A DNA stretch of 64,000 nucleotides, from contig CAWEWF010000006.1 in the NCBI GenBank assembly GCA_963812605.1, forward strand, positions 192,001 through 256,000. The letters run 5' to 3'. The notes beneath the pieces are model-generated. The model was not told where the DNA came from, did no database searches, and saw only the letters and a program-made list of their open reading frames with translations. How positions within the stretch are numbered: the first letter of the stretch is position 1; every line of letters starts with the position of its first letter. Origin of the DNA: an uncultured Verrucomicrobiae bacterium (GTDB taxonomy: Bacteria > Verrucomicrobiota > Verrucomicrobiia > Palsa-1439). The position numbers and the translations under genes were made by a program. Below, in pieces: positions 53,742 to 63,812 of this stretch.

Positions 53742-54353
53742 TTACGTAACAAGCTTCTGCTTCACTTCCTCAACAGCTCGCAGCAACGCCTCGCGCCCTT
53801 CCGTACCGGCCACGTAATAGCCCACGACAGACTCAAAAGCCTGCGAGAGCTTCGGGCCAAGATGCGGGAGAAGCTCGCGGATCATTGCTTTGGCGATACC
53901 TGCAAACGTATTGCCGTTGAAGTTTAGGAATGGTGCAAGCCGATAGCACTTGAAGCAAATGTCCAACGCTTCTTCCAGTGGCATCTCTCGCGTCATGCCT
54001 TGTTCCCAAAGCTGCTTGGCCTGCGCGTAACCGTCCGACGTATGCCCGAACTGCGCCTGACCTCGGGTGCATGCCGACTGATTGATGAACTCGACAACAT
54101 CCCATGGAATCGGTTCCAACCATTTCTTGGGAGCAAGCATTGCCTTGTCATTTTGACCGGCGAATTCTTCCGCGCCAAGACTTTTCATGTAGCCCGCGCC
54201 CGTTGTCTTCAGCCGCGGTTCAGGAACAAACCGATGCTGAATGGCCTGTGTGTCTACATACGCAGCAGCGATTTGCTGCGTCATCTGATTAATGGCCCGT
54301 TCGTCAATCACACTCGTAATATGCACGCATCCGTAGCGAGATTCCAGCAACAA
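53742..54353 (-). CDS. Hypothetical protein with a degenerate Fic/Doc-like motif
   Basis: YRLAPFLNFNGNTF resembles HPFxxGNGR; start uncertain. Confidence 0.55.
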   Translation of the reverse strand: MLLESRYGCVHITSVIDERAINQMTQQIAAAYVDTQAIQHRFVPEPRLKTTGAGYMKSLGAEEFAGQNDKAMLAPKKWLEPIPWDVVEFINQSACTRGQAQFGHTSDGYAQAKQLWEQGMTREMPLEEALDICFKCYRLAPFLNFNGNTFAGIAKAMIRELLPHLGPKLSQAFESVVGYYVAGTEGREALLRAVEEVKQKLVT

Positions 54354-54375
54354 TCTACCAAGAATTAACGCAGGT

Positions 54376-54450
54376 TGTAGAGGCGCTTCTATGAAGCGCC
54401 GCTTTCGTTGACGCCGATCAAAATCTGCGCTTCATAGAAGCGCAGCTACA
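54376..54450. repeat. REPIN-like doublet (tgtagaggcgcttctatgaagcgc...gcgcttcatagaagcgcagctaca)
   Basis: Inverted GTAG-led hairpins. Confidence 0.8.
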
Positions 54451-54477
54451 CCTGACGATCAGGAGAAGCAAAACAGA

Positions 54478-55552
54478 TCACCCCGTCGTCTCGGCGAGCC
54501 GACGGGTGAGATCGTCATTCATCAACGCGCCGATCAAATCTTCCAGGTCGCCCTCCATGATGGCGGGAAGATTCTGGATCGTAATATTGATACGGTGGTC
54601 GGTGACGCGGTTTTGCGGATAATTATACGTGCGAATTTTCTCGCTGCGGTCGGCGGTGCCAATCTGGCTGCGGCGCGCTGCAGTCATTTTAGCCGCCTCT
54701 TCTTCCTGCTTATGTGACCAACAAACGCGACCGCAGCACCCGCAGGGCCTTGGCCTTGTTCTTGATCTGCGAACGCTCATCGGCGCAGCGGACGATCAGG
54801 CCGCTGGGCTTGTGATTGATCTGCACGGCGCTGTCGGTCGTGTTCACACCCTGACCCCCAGGTCCGCTCGCGCGGCAAACGGTGATCTCCATGTCCTCGG
54901 GTCTCAACTGGACATCGACCTCCTCGGCTTCGGGCAACACGGCAACGCTGGCGGTCGAGGTGTGAATACGCCCCTGCGCCTCGGTCGCCGGGACGCGTTG
55001 CACGCGGTGAACCCCGCTCTCGTACCGCATCTTCTTGTAGATGTCCTGGCCCTGGATGGAAAAGACGATTTCCTTGAAACCGCCGCGTTCGCTCGGGCTC
55101 GCGTCCATCACCTCGATCTTCCACCGTTGCGCGTCCGCGTAACGACTGTACATGCGGAAAAGGTCGCCCGCGAACAAGGCCGCTTCATCACCGCCCGTGC
55201 CCGCGCGGATTTCGATAATCGAGTTGCGCGAGTCATTCGGGTCGGGCGGGACAAGCCCCAGTTGGACGTCGCGGTACAGCTTCTCCAGCTTGCGCTGCAA
55301 GTCGTCGAGTTCACCCCGGGCCAGTTCGGCCATCTCCGCGTCGCCGGCCGCAACCAGTTCCTGGTTCTCGGCCATCTGTTTCTGGATCGCCTCGGCGGCA
55401 CTGTAATCGCCAAGAAGCTTCTTGAGGTGCTGGAGTTCGCGCGCCAGCTCGCCGGCCCGGCGTTGATCGGAGTACACCGCCGGATTGGCGAGCTCGGCCT
55501 CCAATTCAGCCGCTCGCTTGCGAAACTTATCGATGTTGGGAAGTGCGTTCAT
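54478..55552 (-). CDS. prfA: Peptide chain release factor 1 (frameshift near 54715, probably an error)
   Basis: [63 protein letters not shown]. Confidence 0.95.
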
Positions 55553-55560
55553 GGGTTTGT

Positions 55561-55625
55561 CGGTGGCATAGGCGTCCGTGCCTGTGACAGAGATGGGAAC
55601 GCAGGCAGAGACGCCTGCGCCACCA
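55561..55625. repeat. REPIN-like doublet of the ggtggcacaggcgtccctgcctgtg family
   Basis: Two inverted copies between rpmE and prfA; same family found inside ffh and prmC. Confidence 0.8.
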
Positions 55626-55640
55626 GAGAGGAAAAACCAG

Positions 55641-55847
55641 CTACTTCGTCTTCTTGGCGTACCGCTTCTGGAAGCGTTCAACGCGGCCCGCGGTATCGAC
55701 GAACTTCTGCGTGCCGGTAAAGAAGGGATGGCACTTCGAGCAGATGCCGATACGCATGTCTTTGCGCGTGGAACGCGTCTTGAGAATGTTCCCACACGCG
55801 CAGTGAATCACTGCGTCAACATATTCTGGATGTATCTTGGCTTTCAT
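55641..55847 (-). CDS. rpmE: 50S ribosomal protein L31 (Zn-binding type)
   Basis: [25 protein letters not shown]. Confidence 0.97.
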   Translation of the reverse strand: MKAKIHPEYVDAVIHCACGNILKTRSTRKDMRIGICSKCHPFFTGTQKFVDTAGRVERFQKRYAKKTK

Positions 55848-55925
55848 GGTCAGGGCCGCGAAACCTACACGACCAAGCCGCCCCGTTGCAAGTCGAATCT
55901 GACATGGACCGCATTTCGGGGCCTT

Positions 55926-55951
55926 TGTAGCCGCGAAACTCTTTCGCGGCC
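55926..55951. repeat. REP singlet tgtagccgcgaaactctttcgcggcc
   Basis: Identical 26-mer at 58632-58657. Confidence 0.8.
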
Positions 55952-56034
55952 GCTAAATTGTTCGGCGCAGGTCTCCTGACCGCGCCGCTGTCCCCTATTG
56001 CAATCCTCTCCGGCGTCTGCTACTTTGCAAGGCC

Positions 56035-56325
56035 ATGAGCAAGAAGGGTAAAGCCGTGAAGACCAAGAAGAAAGCGTGGCTGTTGGGCCTCGGCCTCGAC
56101 AACAAAGACGGCCATACCCGTATCACCACCGGCGAAAACTTCAAGCTGGTTGGCGGCAGCGAGGAAACGCATGGTGTGATGCAAGAGAAAGCCGTCAAGG
56201 TGAACGAGCAACTCAAGCGCCGCGGCAAAACCCTCGACTCTGTTTCCCCCGACGAATTTCACGAGATCGCTGACAAGGTCGGCATGCCCCTGCTCGATGC
56301 CCAGCGCGCCCGCCAGAGAAACTGA
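56035..56325 (+). CDS. Hypothetical protein
   Basis: LLGLGLDNKDGHTRITTGENFKLVGGSEETH; host-like codon usage. Confidence 0.8.
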   Translation: MSKKGKAVKTKKKAWLLGLGLDNKDGHTRITTGENFKLVGGSEETHGVMQEKAVKVNEQLKRRGKTLDSVSPDEFHEIADKVGMPLLDAQRARQRN

Positions 56326-56434
56326 AGCGCGTATTTGTTTCGGCTCGCCTGGAGGTTCGCCTTCCAGTTGTTGTCACCCTGAGCTTGTCGAGCCGAGTCC
56401 CACGAGGGTGATGTCTTAATTTGCATCGGCCAAC

Positions 56435-56498
56435 TGTAGCCGAAGCGTAGGCTTCGGTGGAAACAATGCGGATTCCCGAAGCTTACGCTTCGGCTACA
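56435..56498. repeat. REPIN-like doublet (tgtagccgaagc...gcttcggctaca)
   Basis: Inverted GTAG-led hairpins between convergent genes. Confidence 0.8.
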
Positions 56499-56573
56499 AA
56501 ACACGAATGATGAGCGAGGCGGCAAATTAAGACGCTGCCCCTACGAGACGCCGCGTTGTTTGTGGCAGCGGTT

Positions 56574-57005
56574 TTAGCCGCCCTTCCCATCTTTCTTACT
56601 TCGCGGCAGCGGTGTTATATCAGGTTCCATAAACTCGGCCTTCGCCTGCGGTGACGTGAAGCGCTCTTTGGTGTAAAAGAAACGCAGCACCTTCTTTTGT
56701 TGCAACTGGGGACTCTGCTCGTAGAAACTGTCAGCGTTCTCGGCCGGCCCGTACTCGCAGATGGTGAAGTGGACCAGCCGCAGCCACGCCTGGGTCATCG
56801 TCTCGTGATAGCCGCTGGAAAGTCCTTCCGGGACTTTGTGCGCCGTGTTATAGGCCTTGATCCCCTCGCGTATTTTGGCACTCGCCGTCTCGAAGGGATA
56901 ATGGCGCAAGTACAGGTAGGCCACCTTGATGTGCTGCTGATGGTGCCATTCCTCAAGCGGCCAGGCGGCCGTCTCAAACTGCTTTAAAAAATCCTCATCG
57001 TCCAT
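56574..57005 (-). CDS. Hypothetical protein
   Basis: WHHQQHIKVAY and YHETMTQAW motifs. Confidence 0.75.
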   Translation of the reverse strand: MDDEDFLKQFETAAWPLEEWHHQQHIKVAYLYLRHYPFETASAKIREGIKAYNTAHKVPEGLSSGYHETMTQAWLRLVHFTICEYGPAENADSFYEQSPQLQQKKVLRFFYTKERFTSPQAKAEFMEPDITPLPRSKKDGKGG

Positions 57006-57041
57006 CGGGCACAATCCAATTGGGAGGTGGCGTACGATGAC

Positions 57042-58502
57042 CTAATACGTCTTGCGCAGATTGCTCGGCAGGATATTCAACTCGTTGCGGTACTTCGCCA
57101 CGGTGCGGCGGGCGATGGGAATGCCCTGCTCTTTGAGGATGGCGACAATTTCCTGGTCTGACAACGGCTTCATCGGGTCTTCGCGTTCAATGAGCTTCGA
57201 GATTTGCTCCTTCACGCTGGTGTTGCTCATCGCTCCGCCCGACGCGGTCTCGAAACCTGGCGTAAAGAAATACTTCATCTCGAACAACCCCTGCGGCGTC
57301 TGCATGTATTTGTTGGCCACCGCGCGGCTGACCGTCGTTTCATGCACGCCCACCACTTCCGCCACCTGCGCCATCGTCAACGGCTTCAGGCACGAGATCC
57401 CCTTCTCCAAAAATTCCCGCTGCCGTTCCACGATCACCTTCGCAATATTATAAATCGTCTGCTGGCGCTGGTGGATGCTCTTGATGAGAAATTTGCCCGC
57501 GCGAATCTTGTCGCGGATGTAGTCCTTCGCGTCATTGGACTTCTCATTGCTCGCCATCAGTTCCTTGTAGGTATTGCTGATGCGCAAGTGCGGGATCTGC
57601 TCATCATTCAGCAGCACCACGTAATCATCGCCGATCTTCTGCACCACCACGTCCGCCGCGACGTACTGCTGCTGCTCGGTGGTGAACATCCGGCCCGGTT
57701 TCGGCTCGAGCGTGGAAACGAAATTCGCCAATTGCTGGACCTGTTCGACGCTCAGGTTCATCGCCCGCGCAATCTCGGGAAAACGCTTCCGACCCAGGTC
57801 GTCGAGATGCTGGTTGACCAACACCGCCTCAATCGACTCCGATTTCCCGAGCCGATCCAACTGGATCAAGAGGCACTCCTTCAAGTTGCGCGCGCCGACC
57901 CCGACCGGGTGGAAGGTCTGCACCAGTTCCAGCGCTTCCTGCAAGTGGTCCAACGGAATGCCCGAACTGACCGCCAACTCTTCGATTGGTGTCAGCAAAT
58001 ACCCGTCGTCATTGATGCTGCCAACGATCAATTCCGCGACCTTGCGGCGGTCCTCGGGTATGTTCGTGAAATTGAGTTGTTGCAGAAGGTGTTGCTGCAG
58101 CGATTCCTGCTGGACGATGGAATCGAAAAAGTGCTGGCGCTGCTCCTCTTGCTCGGGCGAACGCGAGCGGATGGTGTTGGTCTGCGAAAAATACTCGCGC
58201 CACTCGTCGTCGAGCTTCGAGAGGACCTCGAACTCCTCCTTGAACTCCGCGCGTTCCTCGGCGGTGACCGTCTTCTCCGGTTCCGTCTCGTGGGTCACTT
58301 CGCCGTCCGGCGACTCGATCTCGACCGTCGGCTCGTCCTTGGGAATCTCTTCCAGGAGCGGGTTCTGCTGCAACTCTTCCTGCACGAGCGAACGCAACTC
58401 CAGCGTCGGCACTTGCAGCAAATGCAGGCTCTGCTGCAACTGCGGCGCCAAAATCTGCTGCAGCGACATCCGTTGAACTTGATGTAATCCAGGACCTGCC
58501 AT
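57042..58502 (-). CDS. rpoN: RNA polymerase sigma-54 factor
   Basis: PQLQQSLHLLQ, PVGVGARNLKECLLIQL, HETTVSRA, RpoN box ARRTVAKYR. Confidence 0.97.
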   Translation of the reverse strand: MAGPGLHQVQRMSLQQILAPQLQQSLHLLQVPTLELRSLVQEELQQNPLLEEIPKDEPTVEIESPDGEVTHETEPEKTVTAEERAEFKEEFEVLSKLDDEWREYFSQTNTIRSRSPEQEEQRQHFFDSIVQQESLQQHLLQQLNFTNIPEDRRKVAELIVGSINDDGYLLTPIEELAVSSGIPLDHLQEALELVQTFHPVGVGARNLKECLLIQLDRLGKSESIEAVLVNQHLDDLGRKRFPEIARAMNLSVEQVQQLANFVSTLEPKPGRMFTTEQQQYVAADVVVQKIGDDYVVLLNDEQIPHLRISNTYKELMASNEKSNDAKDYIRDKIRAGKFLIKSIHQRQQTIYNIAKVIVERQREFLEKGISCLKPLTMAQVAEVVGVHETTVSRAVANKYMQTPQGLFEMKYFFTPGFETASGGAMSNTSVKEQISKLIEREDPMKPLSDQEIVAILKEQGIPIARRTVAKYRNELNILPSNLRKTY

Positions 58503-58631
58503 CGTGTATTCCTCTCGGCCCGACGAATCCAACTATAGGCGCGACATGAAACAAGTAAAGGGCAAAGATTACTCGACCGGTCGCCGCGCCTCAACTCCCG
58601 ACCGTCTTCCGCAGCCGCGAAATTTCCGACC

Positions 58632-58657
58632 TGTAGCCGCGAAACTCTTTCGCGGCC
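58632..58657. repeat. REP singlet
   Basis: Identical to 55926-55951. Confidence 0.8.
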
Positions 58658-58718
58658 AGAGAATATCTGGCTTACCCGTTTTCATCCGTGTCGCCCATCG
58701 CCGCAGCACGTTTTTGGG

Positions 58719-58825
58719 GAAAACGAACCCATTTGTAATAATTCGTTTGTGCGTCCCAACTCCCTGCCGTCCTGTCACTTCCGCACAAAATCATGGGCAG
58801 GCAAAACGGGTTCGTTTCGCAGAAA
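58719..58825. repeat. Inverted-repeat element, copy 2
   Basis: gaaaacgaaccca ... gggttcgtttcgcagaaa, as at 3315-3423. Confidence 0.65.
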
Positions 58826-58988
58826 GCATGTATTTTCGTCCCCCCTCCTTGTCCGCCGTAGCCTTGGCGACGGCGAGATTCCATGTCAAAGAACAAGCGG
58901 ATCATACCATTATCGGAATCCGATGTCCAGACCAAGGTATTTTGACCTAGCAGGTTGCTAAAAAAGCGAGTGAATTGACCATCCGTGC

Positions 58989-59054
58989 TGTAGGCCGACT
59001 CTGTGAGTCGGCGAGTTTCCAAAAGATTTCGCCGCTTCGCAGAAGCGGCCTACA
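58989..59054. repeat. REPIN-like doublet (tgtaggccgac...gcggcctaca)
   Basis: Inverted GTAG-led hairpins. Confidence 0.75.
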
Positions 59055-59079
59055 ACCCGCAAGGCTTTTTAGCGACCTG

Positions 59080-60855
59080 CTAGAGCGCCAACCGCACGCG
59101 ATAGTAGCGGGCGGGCTTGTTCGTCGCGCCGCCGACATCGAGGTAGTTGGTGACGGTGCCGGGAGTGACATTGGTTGCAACCACGAAGATGTCGGCGAAT
59201 CCATTCGTCGTATAGCTGCCGCCGCTCCCACCCGCGGTAGCCTGCAAGGCGTTCGTTAATCCCGGGCCCATCATCCACGTGATCAGCAGATCGTTGCCTT
59301 GCGGGTGATCGACGTGATTTGGAATGCGTTCGTGTTGAAAACCACGCTGCCGGCGATGAGCGTGCCTCCCGTATGAATCAATTGGCCGCAGGCATTCGTC
59401 AAAAAGAGCACGTCCGTCTGCAACAAGCCTCCATTCAAATTCAATTGTCCGTCGCGCACATCGATGTAGGCGTTGTGCGCCGCGTTGGTCACATACAAGC
59501 TCCCACCCGCCACATTCACCACGCCGACCCCGCCGGTCGGGCAGTTGCCGAGGATCAGGTTCGAGTACAACGTCGCCGAGCCGCCATCCAGATTAACGGA
59601 GCCCTGTCCCAGTAGGATTGGCATCGTGTTCGTCGCAACGTAGAAATACATACCCAACAGCATCGAATTGCCAGTCCAGTTGCCATTGGAAATGGTGATG
59701 ACGCCGTCGCCCCAGGTCCCAATAAATTCCGGCGAGTTCGTGGCCGCCAGTTGCCCGCTGCGTCATCCATACCATCCCGGTCGCTTCGATACCCGCTCCA
59801 ACAAGCAGCGGCCCCTGGACGTTAACCGTGCTTCCGACCATGGTCAGCGTCCCTTGCGAACCAGCATGCACCACGATGCCGGTCGCCGAACCGATTGAAC
59901 CGCCGTCCGCTCCAATCTCGAGCGTGCCAATAGTGATGGTTGAACCGGACCAGGTCGCCTGCCCGGACCCGCCGCCACCGATGAGCGTCAGGAAACCACT
60001 CGGCACGGTCAATTGCCCGGAGGTGATTTGCACCGCACCTGTCGCGCCGGGATATTCACCCACGATTACGTCTTCACCGGCAATCCACGTACTGCTGTCC
60101 ATCGTGAGCGTGCCTTGTGAACCGGCGCCCAGGCCCACGATCACCGATTGGTCGGACGTCAGCGTCGAGTTGTTGGCAATAATCATCTGGCCCGCGCCAT
60201 ACACCCCAACCCCCGTCGGGCCGTTGGTCAAGGCCAACTGTCCACCCAATAAAAGAACATCGCCAAAGGCATTGGTGTCGAGGCCAACACACAAGTACCC
60301 CGAGAAACTGCTGGATCCGCTGACCGACAGCGATCCCGGCAACCCGGGCTCCGTGCCCACCGCGGCCACGTTGGAAACCAACAGGCTGCCGTTCTCAAGA
60401 TCAACGTCCCCTCCCAGGCTGACCAACACATTCGTCGCTCCATTTACCGCCACCGCCGAATCCGAGATCACCAGATCCCCGCCATTACTGACCGACAGGG
60501 AAAACAGCACCGTAAGCGGCAGGTTCGTCCCCAAGTTGGAAATCAGCAGCGTATTGATCGAACCGTCCAAAGTCCAAAGGCTCAGGTCATTGACGGTCAT
60601 CGCATTGGAGAAGCTACCAGCCGTCGTCGAATCGACGGTCACGATCTTCGAGAGGGAGTTGGTAATATAGATCGACTGCGTGTTGGTCGGCGCCAGCCCG
60701 AGCGACCAGTCGCCGGCGGTTTCCCACTTGTCACTGGCCGAGGTGGCCCACGAATTGGTGTTGGCCCAAGCTGTGGCACGCCCGAGTGCGCCGGCCAAAA
60801 GAACCACGGCGCACGCGATTCGCAACATGGCACGTCGTCCCAAGGTAGTCTGCAT
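59080..60855 (-). CDS. Secreted Gly-rich beta-repeat protein with RYYRVRLAL tail, paralogous at the C-terminus to 10378..12334; several frameshifts
   Basis: Signal peptide; ORFs 59593..60891, 59283..59663 and 59080..59274 form one protein. Confidence 0.75.
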
Positions 60856-61600
60856 CAGTTCTGCTCCGTGTTCGCGCTGGGAAAGAACCACCAGTGATAA
60901 GGTATACCGGCCTTCCAGTCACCGCCGCGAGATGAATCATCCCATTGTATGTTGCTAAGCGGCGGAGGACATAGCGCATCGCCGTTCCTGCAGAAGTTGC
61001 TTAAGGCGATCCATTCCGCATGACCGTCGCCCAAAACAAAATGCGATCCGCCGAAATGGCGCTGTACGGTGTCGTACCGGCCGTTTGTCTCGGGAAAACT
61101 ATCCTCGGGTTCCTCGCAAAAGATAATGGTAGTCGCAGGACTTGCCATTCGGCTTCGCCGCAATCCAACATTGGTTTGATTTTCCACATGCAGGCACGCA
61201 CTGATCGCGTACGTGAAGTACGCTTGCGTCATGGAAATCGATACCGTCGTGTTGGTCGCGCTGGGGCAGATCCAGATGCTTTTCATGCCCGGTCCCGGCG
61301 GTGTATTGGCGTTGTACAAATCACAAAGTTTCGGCTGGTTAATGTACGAAGGAAGGAGATTAAACCAAGCGCGGGTGTTAACCGGCGAACAAGGTGACTG
61401 GTTGGAGTCGCCATCGTAGGGATAGTAATCCTTTTGGTCGGCGACATATAAACTGATGGCCAGGCCCCACTGATGCATGTTGCCTAAACACACCGCCGCC
61501 TTCATCGTATCCTGCGCCGTGTTCAGCGCCGGCAGCATCGCCCCACCAGCATCGCGCCGAGGGAAACGGCCACCAGCAGTTGCGTAAAAGTGAAGCCTCG
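60855..61600 (-). CDS. Prepilin-type H-X9-DG protein (frameshift near 61545)
   Basis: RGFTFTQLLVAV upstream, then MLPALNTAQ...WICPSA...RHFGGSHFVLGDGHA. Confidence 0.75.
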
Positions 61601-61815
61601 CGTTGCGAAATCGGCTCGTTCTTTCATCCTCAGACTCTCACCGGTTACGACGCAAACCGCACCGAATAGAGGATTTCCGAACTGTAGCCTGCAAAGCTTC
61701 TAGCTTATTTCCCAAGCGTCAACAACCCAAAAAGCTTCCAAAACCGCTTTTTTACACAGACGTTACACTGACTTATCTGCCGCGTATCCCTCCAACTCAG
61801 ATCGGGTCTGCATCA

Positions 61816-62035
61816 TCAGTTGCTGCTCATGCTCGCGCAGGGGAAGAACCACCAGTGATAAATGATTTGGGAGTTCCAGTCACCGATGCCCCGCCCCGAT
61901 GCAAACCACGGGACGGTGTTGTTAAAGCCGCTGCAACCGTTGTTGCCCTGCCTGCAGACGTTGCCAAAGGCGATCCACTCCGCATGACTATCACCCATAA
62001 CAAAATTTCCGCCTCCAAAGTGTGCGGGAAGTGGC
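61816..62035 (-). pseudogene. 3' fragment of a second H-X9-DG prepilin-type gene
   Basis: HFGGGNFVMGDSHAEW...YHWWFFP matches the tail of the 60855 gene; 5' part absent. Confidence 0.75.
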
Positions 62036-62037
62036 CG

Positions 62038-62756
62038 TGTCACCGATCTGGCGGACATCATCTCCCGTGGTCACCGACGACAAGGCGATGGAATCGATCT
62101 TCGCGGGCAGAAAGGACAATCTCCTCGTTAACGTGCACGGCAAGGTGTTCGTGAATTGCGCGACGATTTCTCCCGCGACACACGTACGCGTCGAAAAACT
62201 CGCGACGCGCGCGGGCGCCGAGACATTGGAAGCGTGCATGGCCTCCAGCATCACGCAAGCCCGCGACGGCACGCTCTACCTGATGTGCGGTGGCAACGAA
62301 CGCACGTTCCGCAAAATGAAACCGCTCCTCAAGGACCTCGGTCAATCGCTGCGCTATGTCGGCGCCAGCCGGCCGGCGCAGGTCGCAGGTGAACATGGTG
62401 ATGAACATCAACACCGCCGGTCTCGCCGAGGGCCTGGCGCTCGGGGACGCGCTGGGACTGGATTTGACCCTGCTGCGGGAAGTGTTCTCGCAGACGGCGC
62501 GAACTCCCGCGTGTTGCAGACCGATGGCGAGGACATGCAGCGCCGGGAACATTCCTGCTTTTTCAGCGCCGCGCACGCCGCCAAGGACAGCGGCATCGCC
62601 CTCGCGCTTTCCAAAAAGGCGAAGCTCAACCTCCCGCTGGCCGCTGCCACCCATAAACAATTCCGCCGCATGGTCCAGGTCGGCCTCGGAGAACTGGACA
62701 AATCCGGCATCGCCGAACTCACCTTCCGACACCGTCACGCTAGGACAATCGCCTAG
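62038..62756 (+). pseudogene. 3-hydroxyisobutyrate/6-phosphogluconate dehydrogenase-family oxidoreductase lacking its N-terminus; frameshifted
   Basis: NCATISP, ARDGTLYLMCGG, NMVMNINTAGLAEGLAL, AAKDSGIA; no GxGxxG start. Confidence 0.75.
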
Positions 62757-62888
62757 TAAAAAACCGGCTTCTCCGCCAATTGTGGAAACCGCTATCACGC
62801 GCATGCTGCTTTGTGGCTGGAAGCTTAACCCTCGGGCTCGAAGGTCTGCTGAAAAATTGTGAGCCCGAAAAACGTGGAGGATACGTTT

Positions 62889-63014
62889 ATGATGATTGCA
62901 ATGTTTACACCCGTTATTGCCGCCGTCGGATATTCGATACTCTATCTTCTCCTGGGCGGAGGATTTGGCGGCGCAGTCCTTATTTTCATCATCGCAAAAA
63001 TGTTCGGGAAATAG
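62889..63014 (+). CDS. Small membrane protein (41 aa) not in the ORF track
   Basis: GGAGGA RBS; MMIAMFTPVIAAVGYSILYLLLGGGFGGAVLIFIIAKMFGK*. Confidence 0.7.
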   Translation: MMIAMFTPVIAAVGYSILYLLLGGGFGGAVLIFIIAKMFGK

Positions 63015-63027
63015 CGCCGTCGCCGCC

Positions 63028-63101
63028 CTACTTCTTCCGCTTCGTCTCCGCGACAATGATCTGCGAAATCGCCGCGTAGAAGATCGTCGCCTTGATCAGC
63101 G
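63028..63101 (-). repeat. Orphan duplicate of the ygeY-like 3' end (LIKATIFYAAISQIIVAETKRKK*)
   Basis: Codon-for-codon match to ~63815-63882 with mostly synonymous changes. Confidence 0.9.
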
Positions 63102-63437
63102 GGCCCGATATCGGGCGCGTGCTTCGGCAACCATGGAACGCCGACGTGGGAGCGCGGGTTCGAGAATAACGCGCACCTGAACGTGTAGCACCTCGGCGAC
63201 GCGCCGCAGCATGCTCAGCGAATGCCCTTCGTAGGTGGGCGACTCCAGGCGACAAATCTGTTGCTGTGTCGTTCCGGCGCGTTTCGCCAATTCCTTCTGC
63301 GAAAGTCCGGCTTTCTCGCGCAAAGCGGCAAGCTGCAACGCGATGTCCCACGCCTCGCCCGCTTGCCGGAAACGCCCGGCAAAAGCCTCGTCCTTCAGTT
63401 GCCGCTCCAAATAAAGATCGAAGTTCGTCGTTTTCAT
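63096..63437 (-). CDS. higA: HigA-like HTH antitoxin
   Basis: LREKAGLSQKELAKRAGTTQQQICRLES. Confidence 0.85.
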   Translation of the reverse strand: MKTTNFDLYLERQLKDEAFAGRFRQAGEAWDIALQLAALREKAGLSQKELAKRAGTTQQQICRLESPTYEGHSLSMLRRVAEVLHVQVRVILEPALPRRRSMVAEARARYRAR

Positions 63438-63787
63438 CTGTCCTGCCTGCTCAACCAATCACGCATCCGTTCGAGCGCCACAGCCCGGTCCCCCGCGCGG
63501 ATTTCCTGTGCCTTGTTGCGGATGCCGTGCGCGGCTACGATGCGACGACCCTTCATGAAGAAGTAGAGTACCCGCGTATTCAGCTTGCCGACATGACGCA
63601 ATTCAAACAAACCATCACCAACGGCCTTCGACAACGGTAAGCGGTGATACTGCCGGTTGCGCAGCTTCGCCAGTCCCGCCATGATTGCCGCGTAATCGTC
63701 AGGATCACTGGCATTCAACTCATCAAGGAACTCTCGCACGGGACATCGTCCCGTTGCTGACTCGTAGAACTCTACACTGAAGTCCAT
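63434..63787 (-). CDS. higB: HigB/RelE (Gp49-like) toxin
   Basis: VEFYESATGRCPVREFL, GLFELR, RVLYFF, HGIRNK; toxin precedes antitoxin. Confidence 0.85.
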   Translation of the reverse strand: MDFSVEFYESATGRCPVREFLDELNASDPDDYAAIMAGLAKLRNRQYHRLPLSKAVGDGLFELRHVGKLNTRVLYFFMKGRRIVAAHGIRNKAQEIRAGDRAVALERMRDWLSRQDR

Positions 63788-63796
63788 CCTCTTGCA

Positions 63797-63812
63797 ACAT
63801 CAATATTGATGT
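63797..63812. promoter_or_regulatory. 16 bp perfect palindrome ACATCAATATTGATGT, putative HigA operator
   Basis: Directly upstream of the toxin start; contains the stop codon of the upstream gene. Confidence 0.65.

Noticed and set aside
53741-53750. gttacgtaac as a seventh operator
   Set aside because: The flanks differ from TTTACGTAAA, it overlaps a stop codon and it is far from the locus.
54300-54330. VHITSVIDE resembling the prmC start VRILDVITK (possible 5' duplicate)
   Set aside because: Similarity is too short and too weak at nucleotide level to support.
54700-54730. Frameshift in the release factor gene as programmed frameshifting
   Set aside because: The gene is prfA (PAT motif, next to prmC), not prfB. 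The break is late in the gene with no CTT-TGA slippery site, and similar single indels occur in many genes here, so it is most likely a sequencing error.
6510-62756. Widespread pseudogenisation or phase variation
   Set aside because: Frameshifts also hit an essential gene and are mostly not at long homopolymers or SSRs. Long-read indel error is the simpler explanation; it cannot be resolved without reads.
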